Source of the DNA: Chloroflexota bacterium
GTDB lineage: Bacteria; Chloroflexota; Dehalococcoidia; UBA2979
Reading direction: 5' to 3'
Length of the DNA stretch: 29,098 nt
NCBI GenBank assembly: GCA_027593235.1
Contig: JAQCIU010000039.1
Location: 1-29,098 of the forward strand
The first letter of the stretch is position 1, and the number at the start of each line of letters is the position of its first letter. The position numbers were made by a program, and so were the translations under genes. This document shows positions 17,649-27,216 of the stretch, piece after piece. Under the pieces are notes generated by a model. It ran no database searches and was not told the DNA's origin. It worked only from the letters and a program-made list of their open reading frames with translations.

Positions 17649-18797
17649 TTAGATCCGGCGCGGCTGCTGGCCTCGATCGGTCGTGTCGCCGACCAGCGCG
17701 CTCAGCTCCAGCCGCTTCAGCACGTCCCCGCGTGTCAGCAGGCCGACGAGCCGGCCATCGTCGAGCACGGGGAGCTGATTGACGTCGTGCTCCTGCATCA
17801 GGCGCATCGCCTCAAGGATCGAGGTGTCCGGACGGACGGTGTGAACCTCGGTCGCCGCGACCATCGCCTCGCGGACGGTCGTCTCGGCCCAGCGGGCGCG
17901 CGGGACGTGCGTCAGGTCGCTGATCGTGATCAGCCCGGAGACTCGACCGATGCTCTCCACGAGGAAGGCACGCTCCGCATCACCGAGGATCCGATCCTCG
18001 GCGAGCTGCTGCAGCGACCACGCCTCGGGGACGGGCACGGGCGGCGGGCGCATCACGTCTGCCGCCACGACGTCCTTCAGCGCGCGTTCCAGCAGCACCT
18101 GTGCGTAGGCCTGCTCCGAGGCGTTCTTGAGGAAGAGCCCGATCAGGACGTACCAGAGCCCGCCGATGCCCAAGAAGAAGACCCAGACGATCCCGCCGAC
18201 GATCATCATCCAGGCGATCGCCTGACCGACGGTGGAGGCGATCCGCGTCGCCTTGGTCAGATCGTGCACCCGCCCCCAGACGATCGAGCGAAACACCCGT
18301 CCGCCGTCGAGCGGGAACCCGGGCAAGAGGTTGAAGAACCCCAACGCGAAGTTGATCAACGCGAGATACCCGAAGACAACTGCGACACCCTGATCGCGCG
18401 TAACCAGCCAGAGCAGGCCGAACAGGATCGAGAGCACCCACGAGCTGAGCGGCCCAACGATCGCGATGAAGAACTCCTGGCGCGGAGAGCGCATTTCGCC
18501 GGCCATCTGCGAGACGCCACCGAAGACGAACAGCGTGATCGACGGGACCTGCATGCCGTAGTGCAGGGCAACGAACGTGTGCGAGAGTTCGTGGATCAAC
18601 ACGGAAGCGAAGAACAGTACCGAGGAGACCACACCCGCGGCCCAGTATTGATTCTGCGTCCAGTCCTTTTCGTAGTCCGGGTAGACGGTGTCGGCAAGCG
18701 ACCACGCGATCAGCGTGAAGATCACGACCCATGACCAGTGCACCCGGATCGCGACGCCGCGAACGCGACCGATCACCAAACCTGAATTGAAATCCAT
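17649..18797 (-). CDS. site-2 protease (peptidase M50) with tandem CBS domains (Rip3/Rv2625c-like architecture)
   Basis: HELSH zinc motif, [21 protein letters not shown] and a C-terminal CBS pair. TATCCT -10 lies 7 nt before the ATG (leaderless). Confidence 0.93.
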   Translation of the reverse strand: MDFNSGLVIGRVRGVAIRVHWSWVVIFTLIAWSLADTVYPDYEKDWTQNQYWAAGVVSSVLFFASVLIHELSHTFVALHYGMQVPSITLFVFGGVSQMAGEMRSPRQEFFIAIVGPLSSWVLSILFGLLWLVTRDQGVAVVFGYLALINFALGFFNLLPGFPLDGGRVFRSIVWGRVHDLTKATRIASTVGQAIAWMMIVGGIVWVFFLGIGGLWYVLIGLFLKNASEQAYAQVLLERALKDVVAADVMRPPPVPVPEAWSLQQLAEDRILGDAERAFLVESIGRVSGLITISDLTHVPRARWAETTVREAMVAATEVHTVRPDTSILEAMRLMQEHDVNQLPVLDDGRLVGLLTRGDVLKRLELSALVGDTTDRGQQPRRI

Positions 18798-18833
18798 GCG
18801 TCCGAGGATACGCGCCGCACGGGCAGGGCCATC

Positions 18834-18847
18834 GGGCCGATCGTCAC
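18834..18847. promoter_or_regulatory. DosR/NarL-like box upstream of the M50-CBS protease
   Basis: GGGCCGATCGTCAC, centred about 43 bp upstream of the leaderless start (activator position), resembles the array units. Confidence 0.5.
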
Positions 18848-18874
18848 CGTCGGCCCGGACCCTCCGGCCGCCGG

Positions 18875-19741
18875 CTAGGCGATCAGTGCCTGGAGCGCCG
18901 CGTCATCGAGGGTGGTGCGCATCAATTCACCCGCGCGTTCCACTTTCGACTCGCCGGCAAACGGCGAGGTGCCGAAGGTGCCCTCGATCGCGTGGACCGT
19001 CGAGGGGGTGTCGCCGCGGGTCAGCAAGAGCGTCGTGTCGCGGCTGGCCGCGGCCCGATCGAGGATGTAGGGACTGGGTGCGCCGCCGCCGCTGAGGATC
19101 AGGCACTCGGTGCGGGCCGCGATCGCGGCGAGCGCGAGATCGACCCGACCGCCGCGGGTGACGACCGCGCTGCGCGGGAACCGCTCGAAGTAGGTGTCAG
19201 CCGCGTCGTGGGAGATCGCGCCGACCAGGATGTAGTCGCAGACCGCGTCGTCGCCGCGCTCGGAGCGGGAGAGCACCTCTGCGCCGCTTGCCGCGATCAG
19301 CTCCGCGACGCGTGGCGCAGCCAGCGCGCGGTCTTCCGGCAGCAGGCCCGGGCGCGCATCGCGGGTGCGCGTCTCGATCACCAGTGCCGCGCCGTCCGTC
19401 GCCGCGCCGCCGACCGTACCGCCGGCCGGCGTCACGAGCACCAATTTGGCGCCGAGCTGTGTCGCCAGCGCCATCGCGTCGGCGCCGCTGGGAGCCTCGA
19501 GGATGACGACGCCGTCGGGGCTGCCGGGACCGGTCGCCTCGACGGGCGTGCCGCTGCTCGCGGCGAACTCCAGCGTGCCGAAGACCTCGGCATCCGCGAG
19601 CGCGCGAGCGTCGTCCGTACCGTCACGCAGGCGCTCGACGCGGACCGCGTGACCGGCGTGGGCCAGCCGGTGCGCGAGCCCGGTCGCCACGGTGGTGGCA
19701 CCGGCGCCCGGCTCGGTCGCTGCTACGAGGATCAACGCCAT
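18875..19741 (-). CDS. DRTGG-domain protein (BioD-like N-terminal domain of phosphotransacetylase family)
   Basis: Degenerate P-loop (ATEPGAGATT), VVILEA and the DRTGG-type segment AVVTRGGRVDLALAAI...CLILSGG. Confidence 0.78.
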   Translation of the reverse strand: MALILVAATEPGAGATTVATGLAHRLAHAGHAVRVERLRDGTDDARALADAEVFGTLEFAASSGTPVEATGPGSPDGVVILEAPSGADAMALATQLGAKLVLVTPAGGTVGGAATDGAALVIETRTRDARPGLLPEDRALAAPRVAELIAASGAEVLSRSERGDDAVCDYILVGAISHDAADTYFERFPRSAVVTRGGRVDLALAAIAARTECLILSGGGAPSPYILDRAAASRDTTLLLTRGDTPSTVHAIEGTFGTSPFAGESKVERAGELMRTTLDDAALQALIA

Positions 19742-19904
19742 CTCGGCCTGCCTGTCCTGCTCCGTCGCGGGTGGTCGGTAGACCGTCCAGCGACTCGCCA
19801 GCAGCGTACTCAGAGCCCTCCCTGACCGCCAGAGCGGGCAGGCGCTCCGGCATCCGTCCGAGGCCGATCGTCGACAGGCGTCTTCCTCGGCGGCCGGACA
19901 TGCA

Positions 19905-19934
19905 ATGGGCGCCCGGCTCTCACCGGGCGCCCAT
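19905..19934. terminator. hairpin downstream of the multicopper oxidase gene
   Basis: ATGGGCGCCCGG-ctctca-CCGGGCGCCCAT, a perfect 12-bp stem with no clear U-tract. Confidence 0.6.
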
Positions 19935-19957
19935 CGGTCATCGAGCGATCGAGGCGA

Positions 19958-21216
19958 CTACTCGCGTTGGACGAAGAACGCGCCTTCCATTCCGCCCTCC
20001 CGGTGTCCCGGGATACTGCAGACATAGGTGAACGGCCCGCCGCGGTCCGGCACGGTGAAGGTCACCTCCGCGGTCTCGCCGGCTTCCGCCTGGACGAACA
20101 CGCCCAGCTCTGTGATCTCCAGGTTGTGGAGGATCGCGCCGTCGTTTCGCAGCTTGAGCGTCACCTCGGTGCCTGGATCGAAGGTCGCCTGAAGCGGGTC
20201 GAAGGCGAACTCGGAGGCCACGACCTCCAGCTCGGCCTTGCCATCGCTCGCGGCCACCGCCGGCTCGGCCGTCGCCTCGGCGGTCGGCTCCGGGGTAGCC
20301 GCCGCGTCAGCGGCTGCCGCAGCCTGTTCCTCGCCATAGGAGGTGTGGTCGGTGTAATCGAGCAGCGTCAACATGCCGCCGGGGTATGCCCCTCGGTTGG
20401 TGACGTGGTTGAGGATGTGGCAGTGGAAGGTCCACGTACCGGGGTTGTTACCCACCACTTCCACGTCGATGGTCGTGCCCGGAGCCACGTCCACCGTGTT
20501 CTCGAAGTACGTGTCCTTGAGGTCGTTCCCGTCGACCGAGACCACCTCGAACTGGGGCCGTGCAGGTGCATCGGGTGGTGCTGCTGGCCCGCGTTGATGA
20601 AGCGCACGCGGATCTTCTCGCCCATCGCGATCTTCATGAACGTGTCGTCGTCCGCCAGCGTGGCGGGGAAGGCGTGGCCGTTGATGGTGAACAGCCCACC
20701 GATTTCGTGGAGCACCATCGTGTACTCGCGGTCGTAGCTGTCGCCGGCGCGGCCGCGCTCACGCACGACCAGCGGCCCGACGAGCCCGCGCGCGAGCTGC
20801 TGCACCGTGTTCGCGTGCGTGTGATACATCGCCGTGCCGGCCTTTTCGAGCTTGAACTCGTAGGTCCACGAGGCGCCGGGCTCGATGATCGGCTGCGTAA
20901 TGCCAGGGACGCCGTCCTGCTCGTTCGGCACCTCGATGCCGTGCCAGTGGATCGTCGTGCCCTCGGGCAGGTTGTTGGTCAGGTTGACGCGCAGGGTGTC
21001 GCCGACGCGGGCCTCGATCATTGGTCCCGGGTACTCACCGTTGTAGCCCCAGACCTCGACGGTTTCGCCGTCGACGACCTGCCAGTCGACCACTTCAGCG
21101 GTCAGGTCGATTTCGATCAGGTCGCCTTCGTCCGGATCCGCGCAACCGATTGCGGCCACACCGAGGATCAGGGAGATCATGACGCCGAGAATCGGTCCGA
21201 TTCGTCTCACAGACAC
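19958..21216 (-). CDS. lipoprotein two-domain multicopper oxidase with a C-terminal cupredoxin domain; split by a 1-bp frameshift at about 20554-20557
   Basis: GGAGG RBS before GTG 21216 and lipobox AAIG-C. First frame has TTIHWHG, MYHTH and HHPMHLHG. Second frame has QFEVVSVDG, WTFHCHILNH...GGM, an Ala/Pro/Glu linker, then HNL...YVCSIPGHREGGM. Confidence 0.88.
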
Positions 21217-21304
21217 AGATTCGCCTCCACTAGCGCCTCGCCGTCCCGGCGATCCAGACGCGTGGTCATCGTCGACGGGGCGATCACTACGGGGCAGTCC
21301 ATCC

Positions 21305-21333
21305 GGGACCTTCGGCATGTGACTAAAGTCACT
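21305..21333. promoter_or_regulatory. tandem regulator boxes upstream of the multicopper oxidase
   Basis: GGGACCTTCGGCAT (21305-21318) abuts the palindrome GTGACTAAAGTCAC (21319-21332). The latter also reads TGTGA-N6-TCACT, a Crp/Fnr-like site. Confidence 0.7.
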
Positions 21334-21497
21334 TGATCGTCGACCGGCTGTGCGCGGGAGGGTGAGATCGGCCTGGCCAGCGGAGTCACACGGGCTCGCG
21401 GCGGTCTGATCCCGCGGCGTGCGAAGCCCTCGAGGTGTGCGCCGACCGACGAGGTGTGCGGCCGTCAGCGCGCACTGACCCGCGCGGGTCAGTGCCG

Positions 21498-22952
21498 TTA
21501 GATGAAGACGCGCGAGCCCGCCTGGCGCACCTGGCCGGTGCGGAGCGCCTCCGCCTCGACGGCGGCGGCGACCCGCGCGACCACCTCTTCGTTGAACACC
21601 GAGGGCAGGATGTAGTCCTCGGAGAGCTGCTCATCCGGGATCGTGTCGGCGATGGCGCGCGCCGCGACGACCTTCATCTCCTCGGTGATCGTCGTCGCGC
21701 CGGCATCGAGCGCGCCACGGATCAGGCCGGGGAAGCAGAGGACGTTGTTCACCTGGTTCGGGTAGTCGGAGCGGCCGGTCGCGATCACGCGCGCGTAGCC
21801 CTGGATCAGATCGGGTAACACCTCCGGTTCCGGGTTCGCCAGCGCGAAGACGATCGCGTCCGTCGCCATCGTGCGCACCCAGGCCGGATCGATGAGCTGT
21901 GGTCCCGACACGCCGAGGAATACGTCGGCGCCGACGAGGGCTTCGGCGATCGAGCCGGTGAAGCGGGCCTCGTTCGAGTGTTCGGCCAGCCATTCCAGCG
22001 CGCCGCTCAGCCCGGGCCGGCCGGCGTAGACCGCGCCGTCCAGATCGAAGGCGGTCAGGTGCTGGACACCGGCGCTCATCATGATGCGCGCACAGGCGAT
22101 GCCGGCCGCCCCGGCGCCCAGCAGGACGACCTTCAGGTCCTCCGGCCGCTTCTTGACGATCTTCAGGCTGTTCATCAGCGCTGCCAGCACGACCACGGCG
22201 GTGCCGTGCTGATCGTCGTGGAACACCGGGATCGGCAATGCGCGGCGCAGCCGGTCTTCGATCTCGAAGCAGCGCGGCGCGGAGATGTCCTCCAACACGA
22301 TCGCGCCATAGCCGGGGGCGATCGCCTTCACGATCTCGACGATCAGGTCCGTGTCCTTGGTGTCCAGGTAGATCGGCCAGGCGTCGACGTTGGCGAAGGC
22401 GCGGAAGAGCATCGACTTGCCCTCCATCACCGGCATCGCCGCGAGCGGCCCGATGTCGCCAAGGCCGAGCACCGCGGTGCCGTCCGTTACGATCGCGACG
22501 GCGTTCGGTTTGATCGTCAGCGACCAGGCGGAGTCCGGGTTGCGGGCGATCTCCATCGCCACGCGCGCGACGCCGGGCGTGTAGACGTGTGCCAGCTCCG
22601 CGTTGGTGCGGATGTGGACGTTGTTTTCGATGTGGATCTTGCCGCGTCGGTGGAGCTGAAAGGTGCGATCCGAGGCGTGTTGAACCTCGACGCCCTCGAG
22701 CGCCGAGATCGCCTGCACGATCTCGCTCGCGACCGCTCCGGATTCACAGACGAGGCGAAAGTCGCGGACGATGATGTCCGGATTCGCGTCGACCATGTCG
22801 ATGTCGAGGATGTCGGCGCCCAGTTCGCCGAGCAGGGTCGTGACCCGCCCGTGCATGCCGCGCCGGTTCTCCAGGCGCAGCCGCAGCAGCAGCTGGTAGC
22901 CGACGGCGGGATTTCGTAGCTCCGAAGCGTGTTCTTGCTTCCGGTCCGGCAT
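21498..22952 (-). CDS. NAD(P)-dependent malic enzyme with N-terminal ACT domain
   Basis: [59 protein letters not shown] and [13 protein letters not shown], preceded by an ACT-like first ~95 aa. Confidence 0.95.
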   Translation of the reverse strand: MPDRKQEHASELRNPAVGYQLLLRLRLENRRGMHGRVTTLLGELGADILDIDMVDANPDIIVRDFRLVCESGAVASEIVQAISALEGVEVQHASDRTFQLHRRGKIHIENNVHIRTNAELAHVYTPGVARVAMEIARNPDSAWSLTIKPNAVAIVTDGTAVLGLGDIGPLAAMPVMEGKSMLFRAFANVDAWPIYLDTKDTDLIVEIVKAIAPGYGAIVLEDISAPRCFEIEDRLRRALPIPVFHDDQHGTAVVVLAALMNSLKIVKKRPEDLKVVLLGAGAAGIACARIMMSAGVQHLTAFDLDGAVYAGRPGLSGALEWLAEHSNEARFTGSIAEALVGADVFLGVSGPQLIDPAWVRTMATDAIVFALANPEPEVLPDLIQGYARVIATGRSDYPNQVNNVLCFPGLIRGALDAGATTITEEMKVVAARAIADTIPDEQLSEDYILPSVFNEEVVARVAAAVEAEALRTGQVRQAGSRVFI

Positions 22953-23164
22953 CGTGCGTGCCGTCCTTTCGCCTGGTGCCTGATGCGACGTGGAACGGAC
23001 CAGGGGCGCGCCGTTGGGAGGCCGCGCCGCCCGCGCACCCGTTGCGGGGCCCTTCTATCTATATCGAGCATCCCCGGCAGCGAGAACCGGCGCGCGGGGA
23101 CGGGCGCTTTCGGGGAACGGACCGCGGGCGCGGTCGAGAAGGCGAAACGCACAACCCTCGTCGG

Positions 23165-25138
23165 TCAGCGCGTGCGCGCGGTCGCCCCCGGCGTGAAAAT
23201 CCCCAGATCCAGCGTGCGCGAGAGATCGCGCAGCACGGCAAGGCCGCGCACGCTGACGCCGCGGCTGTCCAGCAGCGGTGAGTAGACGGCAATGCCGAGG
23301 CGGCCCGGAACGACGGCGGCGATACAACCGGAGATGCCGCTCTTCGCGGGCAGCCCGACCTCCACGGCGAACTCGCCGGAGGCGTGGTGCATGCCGGCGC
23401 TGTACATCACCGCCAGCACGTCGCGCGCCGTCTGTTCCGAGGTGAGGCGCGGACCGCCCGGTCGCTGTCCGTGTGCGGCCAGCAGCGCCGCCATCCGCGC
23501 CACCGCGGGCACCGGGATCGCGATCGAGCACTGGCGCAGGTACAGCTCCAGTGCCGGTTCCGTCTCCGCGAGCACCCCGGCGGCACGCAGCAGGTTCGCG
23601 ATCGCGCGGTTCCGCGAGGCCGCGCGGTACTCGGCGGCAAGCATCGCCTCGTCGATGCGGAGCGGTTCGCCGGCGAACGCGGACATCCGATCGAGCAGCG
23701 CGGGGCCATCGAGGCCGGCCTCCGCCAGCAGGCCGGCGACGGTGATCGCGCCGGTGTTCTCCAGCGGGTTGAACGGCCGCGCGCGCAGCGGATCGAGCTC
23801 GATCGTGTCGGCGGTGTTGCCGCTCGGTTCGACGCCGACGGCGGCGTGCACGGCCGGCTGACCGCACAGCTCGAGCGCGATCGCGTAGCTGAACGGGTTC
23901 GCCACCGCCTGGAGCGAGACGCGCTGCGTGCCGCGCCCGACGACCAGCTCGCGGCCATCGACGGTACAGATGGCGATCGTCAGGTCATCGGGGTTCGCGT
24001 TCGCGAGGCCCGGTGCGTACGTCGCAACGTGGCCGCGGCCGTAGTGCTCCCGCCGCGCGTGCACCGCGCGGAGCGTGGCGCGCAACGTCGAGGTCGTCGG
24101 CGCCGCGAGCGGCGCTGTCGGGCGGGCGGACCGAGGAGCGGCAGCGACGGCCGAGGGCGCCTCGAAGGGGTGCAGCCGCAGGCGGCTGGCGAGCAGCGCG
24201 AGCGCCCGCTGACCGCGCACGCTCGTCCCGTGCGCGTCGATGCGAGGCGAGAAGACGGCGACGCCGAACCGATCCGGGACCACCGCGATGATCGCGCCGG
24301 AGACGCCGCTCTTCGCGGGCAGGCCGAGATCGAAGGCGAAGTGGCCGGCCGCGTCGTACATCCCGCAGGTCGACATCACCGCCAGCACGTCGGCGGCGAC
24401 GCGCCTCGGTAGTACGCGGCCGCGCGGGCGGGCCGCCGGCCCGATGGCACCCGGCAGGACCCCACCACCGGCGAGTGTGGCCGCCATCACGGCGAGCCGC
24501 GGGGTGGTGACCAGCGTCGAACACGCGTCGAAGTAGCGTTCGAGCGCCAGCTCCGCCGGCACCTCGATCAGATCGAAGGCCCGCAGCAGGTGGGCGATCG
24601 CGCGGTTGCGGAAGGCGGTCGCCAGCTCCGAGTCGTAGACGGCGCCATCGAAGGCGGGCACGGCAGCGAGGGCGTCAGCGGCGACGCTCCCGCCGAACGC
24701 GCTGAGCAGATCGAGCACGGCGGCGCGATCCGGCAGGTAGCCCGATCCTGCCAGCAGCCCGGCGATCGCGATCGCACCGGTGTTCACCATCGGGTTGTGG
24801 GCGCGGTGGCGGCCGGCCTCCAGTCGCACCAGCGAATCGAACTCCTCGCCGGTCGGCTCCACGCCAACGTGACTGCGCACGGTCCGCCGCCCGAGCCGGG
24901 CGAGTGCCTCGCCATAGAGGAAGGGCTTGCACGTGGACTGGAGCGTGAAGCGCTGATCGACGTCGCCAGCGGAGATGAGCTGCCCGTCCGTCGTGCAGAT
25001 CGCGATCGCGAAGCGATCGGCCTCGACGTTCGCGAGTTCGGGGATGTAGGAGGCGAGCGCGCCGCCGTCCTCGTCGCGTGTCAGGTCGGCGATTTCGCAC
25101 AACAGCGCGGCAAGGTCCTCGGACTCAGCGGCATCCAT
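23165..25138 (-). CDS. glsA: glutaminase with two tandem glutaminase domains (657 aa)
   Basis: GAGGAGG RBS before ATG 25138. Domain 1 has ASYIPEL, QSTCK, VGVEPTG, NPMVNTGAI, CGMYD and GLPAKSGVSG. Domain 2 has ATYAPGL, QAVAN, VGVEPSG, NPLENTGAI, AGMHH and GLPAKSGISG. Confidence 0.9.
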   Translation of the reverse strand: MDAAESEDLAALLCEIADLTRDEDGGALASYIPELANVEADRFAIAICTTDGQLISAGDVDQRFTLQSTCKPFLYGEALARLGRRTVRSHVGVEPTGEEFDSLVRLEAGRHRAHNPMVNTGAIAIAGLLAGSGYLPDRAAVLDLLSAFGGSVAADALAAVPAFDGAVYDSELATAFRNRAIAHLLRAFDLIEVPAELALERYFDACSTLVTTPRLAVMAATLAGGGVLPGAIGPAARPRGRVLPRRVAADVLAVMSTCGMYDAAGHFAFDLGLPAKSGVSGAIIAVVPDRFGVAVFSPRIDAHGTSVRGQRALALLASRLRLHPFEAPSAVAAAPRSARPTAPLAAPTTSTLRATLRAVHARREHYGRGHVATYAPGLANANPDDLTIAICTVDGRELVVGRGTQRVSLQAVANPFSYAIALELCGQPAVHAAVGVEPSGNTADTIELDPLRARPFNPLENTGAITVAGLLAEAGLDGPALLDRMSAFAGEPLRIDEAMLAAEYRAASRNRAIANLLRAAGVLAETEPALELYLRQCSIAIPVPAVARMAALLAAHGQRPGGPRLTSEQTARDVLAVMYSAGMHHASGEFAVEVGLPAKSGISGCIAAVVPGRLGIAVYSPLLDSRGVSVRGLAVLRDLSRTLDLGIFTPGATARTR

Positions 25139-25391
25139 GCGCGTCGCCTCCTCTGCACACGATGCCACGCAGCAGCGCGTGGCGGCACGGGCGGGCGGCG
25201 CGTGGCCGGCGACCTCGGGGGTGACGGGCAGGCGGGGAGGACCGCCGGCCCTCAGGCTGACGGGGGTCTTACCGGCTGACCTCGTCGGGTCGGCATCGGG
25301 CCGAGCGGCCCTCGGGACCGGCGATCGACACGCTCCCGTTCGCCCGCCGCCAGTCCGGCCGAGCACGCGATCGTCCAGTTAGAGTTAACGC

Positions 25392-26048
25392 ATGCGCATC
25401 CCCTATTACGCCGGCACGCTGCTGTTCGTCGGTGTTCTGTTGTTCGGTGGCGTGCTCTGGCTCGCTGGTCAAATCACCGGCCTCAACCCATTCGGGAGCG
25501 AAGAGGTCGAAGCGGTCGGCCCGACGGTTGTTCAGAGCGTTCGCGAATTGTCATCACTGACCACGGTTGAGTTCGTGGAGTACACGACGATTGAGAAGGG
25601 CCGCGACGCCGGCTTCTTCAACTTCCTGCGCGGCGACAAGATCTTCCTGCTCGCGGTCGCCCGCATCGGCGCCGGGATCGACCTATCGCAGCTTCGTGAC
25701 AGCGCCGTGACGGTCGACGACGAACGGCGCTCGGTGCGGATCGAACTCCCGCCGGCCGAGATCCTCTACGTCGCGCTGGACAACGAGGCGACGCAGGTCT
25801 TCGACCGTGACACCGGGCTCTTCAAGAAGGGCGACGACGACCTCGAAGGCGAGGCGCGGCTGGCCGCTGAGGGTGTGCTGCGCGAGCAGGCCTATGCCGC
25901 CGGCATCCTGGCGACCGCCACCGAGAACGCGAAGAAGACGCTGACCGCCTTCCTCGAGGGGCTCGGCTTCACCGACATCACCATCGTCGGCGCGCTCGAC
26001 GAACCGGCGCGGCCCGCGCCCAGTTCGGCAACGCCGGCGCTGCGGTAA
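25392..26048 (+). CDS. DUF4230-domain membrane-anchored protein
   Basis: N-terminal TM segment, ELSSLTTVE, IGAGIDLS, IELPPAEIL and GILATATENAKKTL...LGF. TAGAGT -10 lies 6 nt before the ATG. Confidence 0.85.
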   Translation: MRIPYYAGTLLFVGVLLFGGVLWLAGQITGLNPFGSEEVEAVGPTVVQSVRELSSLTTVEFVEYTTIEKGRDAGFFNFLRGDKIFLLAVARIGAGIDLSQLRDSAVTVDDERRSVRIELPPAEILYVALDNEATQVFDRDTGLFKKGDDDLEGEARLAAEGVLREQAYAAGILATATENAKKTLTAFLEGLGFTDITIVGALDEPARPAPSSATPALR

Positions 26049-26142
26049 CGAGCGCCCTCGAGATCCGAGGTGACCTCGTCGTCCTCGAGGAACGTGCGCA
26101 GCGCGGGGGGCGAGTCCCGCGGCACGGAGTTGGCCGCTGCGT

Positions 26143-26727
26143 CTAATCCCCGAGCCGGGAGAGCGTCACCTCGAAGGACTCAACGTCCTGGTGCATGATC
26201 AGCAGGTCGAACGTGGCGTCGTCCTGATCGATGACCTGGTCAGGGAGCACCGCGAGGGGCGAGAAGCCGAGTTCGCGGAAGATGCGGATCGCGCTGAGCT
26301 GATCGAACGTCATCTGGGCGGTGATCCGCTGTACCCCGACCGTCGTCGCCGCGCGAAACGCCCGCGCAATCAGCTCTCGTCCGAGGCCGCTCCCGCGCAC
26401 TGCCTGGCCCACGACCACCCGCAGTTCGGCGATGTGACGCGTCCAGGGCGAAGCGGAGTGGACCACGGAACTGAATCCGAGGATGCCGTTCGGCCCCACG
26501 GCGAGAATCACCCGGCTGAGGCCGATCAGCGTCTCGTCGATCCAGCCGTTCAACCCCTCGATGCCGGTGATGTCGGTCGGCAGGAACATCAGATCGTGCC
26601 GCGGGACGGAGCGCACGAACGCCAGCAGGGCGTCGGCGTCGCCGATCTGCATGTCTCGGAACTCGATCGCAAGCCCATCGATCTTGATCGTGCGCGCGGC
26701 CGCGCCGTCCCCGTCAGTCATGCTCAT
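26143..26727 (-). CDS. GNAT-family N-acetyltransferase
   Basis: Acetyl-CoA-binding motif VRGSGLGRELI, HIAELRVVV, and AIRIFRELGF. Confidence 0.88.
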   Translation of the reverse strand: MSMTDGDGAAARTIKIDGLAIEFRDMQIGDADALLAFVRSVPRHDLMFLPTDITGIEGLNGWIDETLIGLSRVILAVGPNGILGFSSVVHSASPWTRHIAELRVVVGQAVRGSGLGRELIARAFRAATTVGVQRITAQMTFDQLSAIRIFRELGFSPLAVLPDQVIDQDDATFDLLIMHQDVESFEVTLSRLGD

Positions 26728-27026
26728 CTCCGAACTGCTCGACTGGATGCCCGGACACTTTGAGTGAGCGTACTCGACGCGGCAACCATCGCTTCGCAGC
26801 GACAGCAGGGCGCCAGACTCGCCGTCTCGCCTCAGTCGCGATCGACCTCGTTGGCCGGTGCGCTCCGCCGATCCTCGGATGCTCCGGAGCGAGCTGCGGC
26901 TCGCCCGAGGGCCGCCGGGGCCACGTCGCGGCCAACGAGTACGGGTGACCTCGGAGGTGACGGACGGGCGATCGGGATCGCCGGACGCGCGGCTGTCGCG
27001 GTAACGAGCGCGGGGCCGGGATCAAC

Positions 27027-27049
27027 GAACCCGCCGAGGAGGCGGGTTC
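27027..27049 (-). terminator. hairpin downstream of tRNA-Phe
   Basis: GAACCCGCC-gagga-GGCGGGTTC, a 9-bp stem 13 nt after the CCA end. Confidence 0.7.
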
Positions 27050-27062
27050 CTTGCGGTGCAGG

Positions 27063-27138
27063 TGGTGCCGAGGGCCAGGATCGAACTGGCGACACCGCGA
27101 TTTTCAGTCGCGTGCTCTACCGACTGAGCTACCTCGGC
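27063..27138 (-). tRNA. tRNA-Phe (GAA)
   Basis: GCCGAGGTAGCTCAGTCGGTAGAGCACGCGACTGAAAATCGCGGTGTCGCCAGTTCGATCCTGGCCCTCGGCACCA: 76 nt, cloverleaf, anticodon GAA, TTCGA T-loop, encoded CCA. Confidence 0.98.
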
Positions 27139-27216
27139 TTAGGCCGCATAGCGTAGCGGACAGTGGGGTTCCGGCAAACGCTTGGCAGTTTCTGGACTCC
27201 TGGTTCCGGATTCTGG

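Noticed and set aside
19958-21216. Calling the copper protein nitrite reductase NirK
   Set aside because: NirK has its type-1 Cys in domain 1. Here domain 1 has YHTH, domain 2 has HCH, and the full set of trinuclear-cluster His pairs is present, which fits a two-domain MCO.
26730-27025. Possible small gene or ncRNA between the GNAT gene and tRNA-Phe
   Set aside because: Candidate ORFs have low-complexity composition and no convincing start, and I recognised no RNA family.
27063-27216. Integrative element at tRNA-Phe
   Set aside because: No integrase and no duplicated tRNA 3' end were seen, and the atypical DNA lies on the 5' side of the tRNA.
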